This document shows positions 44,150-64,000 of a stretch of 64,000 bases of DNA, in pieces. Under the pieces are notes generated by a model. The model searched no databases, had not been told where the DNA came from, and worked only from the letters and a program-made list of their open reading frames with translations. The position numbers were made by a program, and so were the translations under genes. The DNA comes from Macrostomum lignano (Eukaryota). The DNA is taken from positions 62,001 through 126,000 of the forward strand of contig NIVC01002488.1 of the NCBI GenBank assembly GCA_002269645.1, written 5' to 3'. Within the stretch, counting starts at the first letter, position 1. Each line of letters starts with the position of its first letter.

Positions 44150-47100
44150 TGACAATAGAGCGTCGGCTTTGGTGTGGTCAGTACCTTTGTGATGGGAGAT
44201 GGTGAACTGAAATTCGCTGATCCTCTGGACCCATCAACCTAGAATCCCTGTAGATTCTGTCTGACGTAACAGCCAGAGCAAGACCTTATGGTCACTTCTT
44301 CAAATTTCTTTCCTATTTAGTATTCTCGAAAGTGTCGCATGTCATTGACAATTCCTAGTAGGTCCTGCTTGTTGACCATGTAGCGAACTTCTGGGTCACA
44401 GAGCTTGGAACTGAAGAATGCAATCGGGCATTCTATTCCATCGGATTGCAGTTGTCCTAGACATGCTCCGATTCAGGTGTTGGATGCGTTTGTATCCAGG
44501 ATGAACTTGGCCTTTGGATCCTCATTGAACTGCGAGTACTTCAGTTGAGCATAGCTTGCTCTTCAGAGTCTCAAAGGCAGTCTTATGCTGCTGCGTCCAA
44601 TGACGCTAGAATCCTTGCAGGTCCTTGCGTTCAATGCGTGTAACGGGGCAGCAATGCCCAAATAATCCTTGACAAACTTCTTGTAGTAATTGGCAAGACC
44701 AAGAAAGCTTTGTAGTTGACGAACAGTCCAAGGTGTTGGCCAACTGCGTATCTGCGCAATCTTGTATTTACTGGTTCGTAGGCCTTCTGGCCTACCTAAT
44801 CACGTGGCCTAGATAATGGAGGTCCTTCTTAAATAAATGGCATTTATTCGGTTTTAGCTTCAAGTTGGCGGCTATAATTCGATTTAGGATTTGTTGTAGA
44901 CGGTCTAAGTGATCTTTGAATGTCACTGCATGTACAACGATATCGTCCATGTAACCAAACGTGGCCTGCGGTGCTAATCCATTGAGCAGTTGGTTGATAC
45001 AATGCTGGAATGATTGGGGCTGTCAGTGGGTCCCATTAGTAGCACCTTAAAGCAGAATTGTCCACAATCGAGCACAGAGAAAGCAGTGATGTCCTGGTCT
45101 TCTTCGCGGAAAAGGATCTGGTAGAAGCCTTGTACAAGGTCGAGGCTTGAATGCCACTGCGCTTCTCTTAGTTTGGCGAAAGTTTCCTGAATGTGCAGGA
45201 TTGGATACGGGTGCTTCAGCGTCACTTCGTTGATTGCTCTGAAGTCGTGCACAATGCGAATCGTCTTGTCCTTCTTTGGTATTAGGAGCATTGGCGAGTT
45301 GTAACTGGAGTAAGTCAGTCGTATAATGCCCTTCTTCAGCATATCATTGAGCATCTGATCCAGTTGCGGTCATAGGTGAAAAGGTATCCGGCGAGGAGGA
45401 ATCGCGATTTGCGTCGAGTCTATGAGCACAATCTCATGAGTTACTAGGTGCGTCAGTCTGTGGTACAACGGAGTTAGGGAGAATGCCGTCTTGCATTCTT
45501 TGAGTAAATCCTGGACCTGGTGCCTCTAGTGGCTGTTCAGCTGGTCTCCGATGGCGACTTCATTAATCCAACTGGTAGTCGTCTCTTCAGCCATTATCAG
45601 TTGACATACTTCTGGCTCGGTCGACTTGCTGAAGTACTCGAGGTCCTGGGTCTTGAGTGGTGTAGCTACTCCCATTAGCATGTTGCGACGCAAGTGAACC
45701 TCTGTATCTGATGGGTTGAGTACTTCCATCACTCCTCGACTTTCTGTCATCGTATGCAGGACCAGGGCTGCGTCTAACTGGTGATGCTTTACTCGTAGTC
45801 CTGATTTGAGTGGTTCGATAATCATCGGTGAACCGTAGTTCTGCTGTTGACCTTCGGCTAGCTTAATGGCGATGAGGCAGGAACATTGGGGCAGCAGAGT
45901 GCATTTTTCAGCAATATACACTCGGCAGGCCTTCAGTTCTCTCCTTGAATAGCATACTGGAAGTCGGGTGCCTTGTTGGAATGTAAGCATTCCTTGCTGG
46001 AAGTCCAGTCCTTGGCAATGACTCCGCATGAAATCAATTCCTAGAAGATTTCCAGTCTCTTTCGGCGGCAAAGAATTCGGTTTCCACGAATTAATCCCCA
46101 AATTCAACTGATAGGATAACTTTGGTGGCGAGACTTAACTCAGTCCCATCATACATAGTGACTCAGTTAGGGTAAGCAGGTGTGACTATACAACGTGGTG
46201 AACGACGGCTAATGGTGGTCTAAGTAGACGCTCCAAGGAATTTCTTCTGCTTCCGCTGTCTAGCAGAAAGGCGACCTCTTGTCAAGCCACTCATCCAGTA
46301 ATAAATGGATCGGCGTCATGCGCATGGACTGTATTTACAAAAGAGGCATCCAGAAAACCTCCATCAACTGATTCTTTGATTACTGACAACTTGGACAAGT
46401 CAGCTGCTGCGGCTGCGGGGCCATACTCTTCCGGGGCGTGTTCGGTGTCAGCTGCATAGCCTGGGCTGGAGCTTGGGGGTGTTGCCATTTACGTCCTCTG
46501 GCTGGCTGTTTCCCATAAACTGCTGAGTTGATTGATGTCTGTGCGGACAATCTCTTGCCTTGTGTCCTTCTTGATGACACTCATAGCATGTGTAGTGTGG
46601 TGGTCGGTTTGCTTGACTGGTCATTTGATTGGCTGTGGCCTGCTGTGCCATCGTGTTGAGTAGATGCTGCTGCTGCTGCATCATTGCAGCTTGTTGCTTA
46701 ATGACTTTTTCCAACTTCTTGAGGGTGCTGTTGTTGGGCTCCTTTGAGGCTTGTCCCTCCCCGTCCAACATTCTGACTGGGGCTCTTTCAAACAATGAGC
46801 CAGGTCTTTAGCTAGTTCCATCCTCTCTAGTGCTTGCATGGCTTCGCTGAGTGTCCGAGGTTGGATCCAGAAAAGCTTTTTGCGGCAGTCTGATGACATG
46901 CAAATCCCACAAAGGAACTGGTCAATCAGTTATTGCTCTAGATGGCGAGGCTCAAGCCAAGGGAAGGCTTGTTCTCCTAGCTCCTGCAGAGCATCTGCGT
47001 AATCTTCAGTTGACTCATTCTTGCGCTGGCTGCAGCCTCTGAATTCTTCTCAATACTCATCAGGTCCTGAGAGTTGTGCGAATTTCTCTATTAGTCATTG

Positions 47101-47195
47101 CTGAAGCTGTTTATAGGTGATGCAGTCGGGCAGCCTCATGCAAAGTACCACAGGCACAGCCTACTGGGTCCCATAGCGGCTAGTTGATGCCATCA
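44150..47195 (-). mobile_element. Decayed Ty3/Gypsy element (gag, protease, RT, RNase H); no integrase or LTR seen
   Basis: CYECHQEGHKARDC knuckle (about 46540-46580), FLLDSGS protease, IRIVHDFRAIN..SSLDLVQGFYQI, YMDDIVV, LQSFLGLANYY, FILDTNASN, WVQRISEFQFTISHHKG..KADAL. Many stops and frameshifts. Confidence 0.88.
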
Positions 47196-47259
47196 TGTCT
47201 CGGTATCGCGCGGCTTTGGTGACGGAGGGTCGCCTGTCCGAACTTTTTTTAAAACTTGG

Positions 47260-47440
47260 TCAGGATTGCTACAGGGCGACACATTAGCATCATTCCTCTT
47301 CGTTTTGCTTCTTGACTGGGTGCTCCAGAATGCACTCCCCTCAGCAGGCGACGGCTTCCTGCTACGCAGACGCATCGGTCGCCGCTACAACAAGATGCAC
47401 TTGACCCTACTGCGCTATTCTGACGACCTTGTCCTCGTGC
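47260..47440 (+). mobile_element. RTE-like LINE reverse-transcriptase core fragment
   Basis: LLQGDTLASFLFVLLLDWVL...LRYSDDLVLV matches the QG..LSP and YADD motifs. Confidence 0.82.
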
Positions 47441-48199
47441 CATTTAAATTTATACTTGAAATATTTAAATATTAAATAGATGAAAGACCAAAAATCTAGC
47501 TAGTAGATTGTCATATTCTATTATTTACCAAGTTTTAGTAGCAGTGTTTATTATGGTACCTGTATGCAATCTATCTTGACATGTTTAAGAGTAACGGTCC
47601 ATACTTTTACTCAAGTACTCTATGTTAGAATCCCAGAACTAATTTAAAATTTTCAGAGTCCATCTTAGCACTCCAATATTTATCTCAGCTGCCCAACACC
47701 ATCAAAGGCCACTTTAATATTCAGAGTTTCAATCTAGTATTCTAGAATTCTCTTAGTTGTCTAGAATCAATCTTTCCACCATGTCACTCCAAAGTCCCTT
47801 TGTCAGTTGTCACTCCAGAATCCACCTCACCTTATCACTCCAGAGGTCACCTTGTCACTCCAGAGTTCATTTCGTCATCACAGAGTCCACCTATGGACAA
47901 GCATTCGCCTTGTAAATAAGCAAGCAAGATTAAACAGCCTGGCAATTCCCGGTCTATCTTTGTGCTATGCGGGTCTGTTGCGCGGACTTCAACGCAGAAT
48001 CTTTAGCTTTGTGTGCATCGTGTGGTACTTTAAGTCATAGTTTGATGTCCGCTTAGCAACGAGAATATTGTACACCGGGTCTATTGGAAGCAACCAATTT
48101 TCAAATTTTCAGTAATATTAATCTTTTACTAAAATATATCCTTTCTAGATCTGCTAAGAAAACTTGTGCAACACCAAAAATACTAGCGAACACCCATCA

Positions 48200-48358
48200 T
48201 AAACTCAAAATATCAGAAACCCAAAATATCATGACTCCGAAAACCAATGTAGCCTTGGGTAACGTTGCTAGCACTTTCGGAGTCATGATATTTCGGGTTT
48301 GTGATAATTCGGTTTTATAATGGTAGTGCTTTCGGAGTTGTGATATTTTGGGTTTGTA
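48200..48358. repeat. Short foldback with repeated aaatatca(t)gactccgaaa motifs
   Basis: About 48217-48243 is inverted relative to about 48275-48300 and 48330-48355; MITE-like. Confidence 0.55.
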
Positions 48359-48470
48359 ATGCCCCCCCCCCAATTTAAAGATAAAGGACAGAATGTATTC
48401 TAGATTAAGAATAGATGATATGAAAGAGCAAGTGGGAAGGTAGAAGGAAACATGAGACGAGTTTAGCTGC

Positions 48471-48517
<47 letters not shown>

Positions 48518-49512
48518 CTAACAGTTAGGTCTATTTTTACCTCATCGATATATTCCTTAATAGGGAGTTGAAAGTACGCTGGGCTCTCTGCAGTTTCTGT
48601 CTGTCCAATGCGCACACAGCTTAGGAGAGAGAGATGAACTAGGAGAAGCGTGGCATAGAAGCAGGTGCAGCCTAAGTTTCAGATCCTATTTTTAGCTCCC
48701 AAAATGCCTAGCCTATAAGTTCAATCTTTCTGCTCAGTGTTAGTCGCCCTGGCAACTAAACCTGACTATACTAGCTAGATACAGCTTTTGAAAAAGAAAC
48801 TTGCTCGTCCGTCTATTATTCAAGCAAGAAGTTGCCCTGCATAAGCAATTAGTTTCAGCTGTAAAAAACGAAATAATTAAAAAAATCTTCTAGAACCATT
48901 AGTGGTGAGTGCGATTTGTGTAATGATTCTGTGTATTTTTTTATTAACGCAACCCTTGATTTAAGTTTAAGTTTAAGTTATGTATGGATGGAGTTGAATG
49001 TATGTAATGGGGGGGGGGTAGCCATCCCGCTGAGGATGGGGGTCAGATGTTACTTTGTCACTCTTACATTTTGGAGCTAATACCTTTTCTTTGGTGCTAA
49101 ATTGGCGCCAAAACCTTTCCAGTAGCACTGGATTGGCGCTAAAACTTTCCGTGGCGCTAAATTAGCGTCAAAACCTTGCCAGTATTCCAAACCTTGCCTT
49201 GCCACAATAATCTAGTGCAATCTAGTTTTTGCATTAGAATGGCGCCCAAACCTTTTCTGTGGCGCTACATTGGCGCCATAATTATTTTAAAGACCTTAAT
49301 CTCTTTGCTAAAACGCTAAACTGATACCAAGCTGTTGGTCAGTGAGTAAGACTCTTAATTTCTGTCAAAATTATTTCTTAGTGCTGGTTTCAAGTATCGA
49401 AATTTTCATTAAGTTTCAACCACGTATTTGTCGAGAGGTTTTTTGTGTATTTTCTTTTGAAAATGAATTGTTTCTCTTTCTGGTTCTAAATTAGATTAAG
49501 GAAAAACTGAAA

Positions 49513-49567
49513 GACAGACAGACAGACAGACAGACAGGCAGACAGACAGACAGACAGACAGACAGGC

Positions 49568-49604
<37 letters not shown>

Positions 49605-49620
49605 GGCAAGCAGGCAGACT
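49513..49620. repeat. (AGAC)n microsatellite
   Basis: Direct reading of the sequence. Confidence 0.9.
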
Positions 49621-50100
49621 CTGAACGGTAGACAAATAGATAGACTGACAGACAATTCGCTGTCGCCATACTGTATCAAAATTGATAGAAAATTTAAGTT
49701 GCGAAGTCAATCCGAAGCCATCAAGCCACGAATTGTATCGAGGCGCAAGAATCCGCCGGTTAAATTTGTAGCTTATGTTTTTTCCTAGCATTTTTATTGT
49801 CTAATACTTATAGCACTCCTGAAGTTGTGAAATTTTGTCAAGGATGTCCTGTTTTTGAATTGATACAAAGTTAGCAGTAGCATGTTGATAGACAGCTACG
49901 TTTTAAAGAATTAAAACACCTTCGCTACAATGATTGCAGATATTTTCCATCAGGCGATACGGCTGTGCTTAGATCATGTAAAGAATAATCGTTGTAGAAG
50001 AAATAAAACAAAGTTTATTGCTTGTTATAATTCGAATATACCCGGTTCGTTTAAAAGCTTGTTGGAGTTCGTTACCAAGATTTCAAGCTCGTGTGCAATA

Positions 50101-62759
<12,659 letters not shown>

Positions 62760-62807
62760 GTGAGGCATTCAGTTTAGCTGGCTAGATCCATTCTATTTTA
62801 GTTTACC

Positions 62808-63965
62808 TCTGATTGGCTAGATTAGCAATCCAGTCTATTCCAATTGATTTGTGATTGGCTAGATTACCAATCCATTCTATTCCAATTGATCTGTGATTGG
62901 CTAGATTTGCAATCCATTCTATTCCAATTGATTTGTGATTGGCTAGATTACCAATCCATTCTATTCCAATTGATCTGTGATTGGCTAGATTTGCAATCCA
63001 TTCTATTCCAATTGATTTGTGATTGGCTAGATTAGCAATCCATTCTATTCCAATTGATTTGTGATTGGCTAGATTAGCAATCCATTCTATTCCAATTGAT
63101 CTGTGATTGGCTAGATTAGCAATCCATTCTATTCCAATTGATTTGTGATTGGCTAGATTAGCAATCCATTCTATTCCAATTGATTTGTGATTGGCTAGAT
63201 TAGCAATCCATTCTATTCCAATTGATTTGTGATTGGCTAGATTAGCAATCCATTCTATTCCAATTGATTTGTGATTGGCTAGATTAGCAATCCATTCTAT
63301 TCCAATTGATTTGTGATTGGCTAGATTAGCAATCCATTCTATTCCAATTGATTTGTGATTGGCTAGATTAGCAATCCATTCTATTCCAATTGATCTGTGA
63401 TTGGCTAGATTAGCAATCCATTCTATTCCAATTGATCTGTGATTGGCTAGATTAGCAATCCATTCTATTCCAATTGATCTGTGATTGGCTAGATTAGCAA
63501 TCCATTCTATTCCAATTGATTTGTGATTGGCTAGATTAGCAATTCATTCTATTCCAATTGATTTGTGATTGGCTAGATTAGCAATCCATTCTATTCCAAT
63601 TGATTTGTGATTGGCTAGATTAGCAATCCATTCTATTCCAATTGATCTGTGATTGGCTAGATTAGCAATCCATTCTATTCCAATTGATTTGTGATTGGCT
63701 AGATTAGCAATGCATTCTATTACAATTGATCAGTGATTGGCTAGATTAGCAATGCATTCTATTCCAATTGATCAGTGATTGGCTAGATTAGCAATGCATT
63801 CTATTCCAATTGATCAGTGATTGGCTAGATTAGCAATCCATTCTATTCCAATTGATTTGTGATTGGCTAGGTTAGCAATTCATTCTATTCCAATTGATCT
63901 GTGATTGGCTAGATTAGCAATCCATTCTATTCCAATTGATTTGTGATTGGCTAGGTTAGCAATGC
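62808..63965. repeat. 42-bp minisatellite (GATTGGCTAGATTAGCAATCCATTCTATTCCAATTGATTTGT)
   Basis: About 27 tandem units in the intron after the EF-hand exon. Confidence 0.95.
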
Positions 63966-64000
63966 ACTTTATAAACCCCCGCAGGCAACGGCACAGTAGA

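Overview
This is repeat-rich eukaryotic (metazoan) genomic DNA with spliceosomal GT-AG introns. Gene and TE families and the satellite load resemble the flatworm Macrostomum (inference, not verified). Main result: the separate ORFs between 9540 and 23380 join through nine phase-compatible exons into one predicted 2939-aa protein. Its parts are an unknown N-terminal domain, two ankyrin modules, an array of 42 near-identical 33-aa ankyrin-like repeats varying at a few fixed positions, capping ankyrins, and a Mab-21/cGAS-like (cGLR-type) nucleotidyltransferase with GS and DxD motifs. An intronless 394-aa Cys/His-rich orphan ORF lies head-to-head with it, and a remnant of a paralogous repeat array sits at the window start. 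The window also holds a tandem pair of long-TIR foldback elements, a very young Ty3/Gypsy LTR retrotransposon, and decayed Gypsy, RTE, mariner, Crypton-like, THAP, MITE and SINE elements. The 5' part of a calmodulin-like EF-hand gene has introns filled with about ten satellite arrays. All gene models are predicted by hand from splice signals and reading phase.
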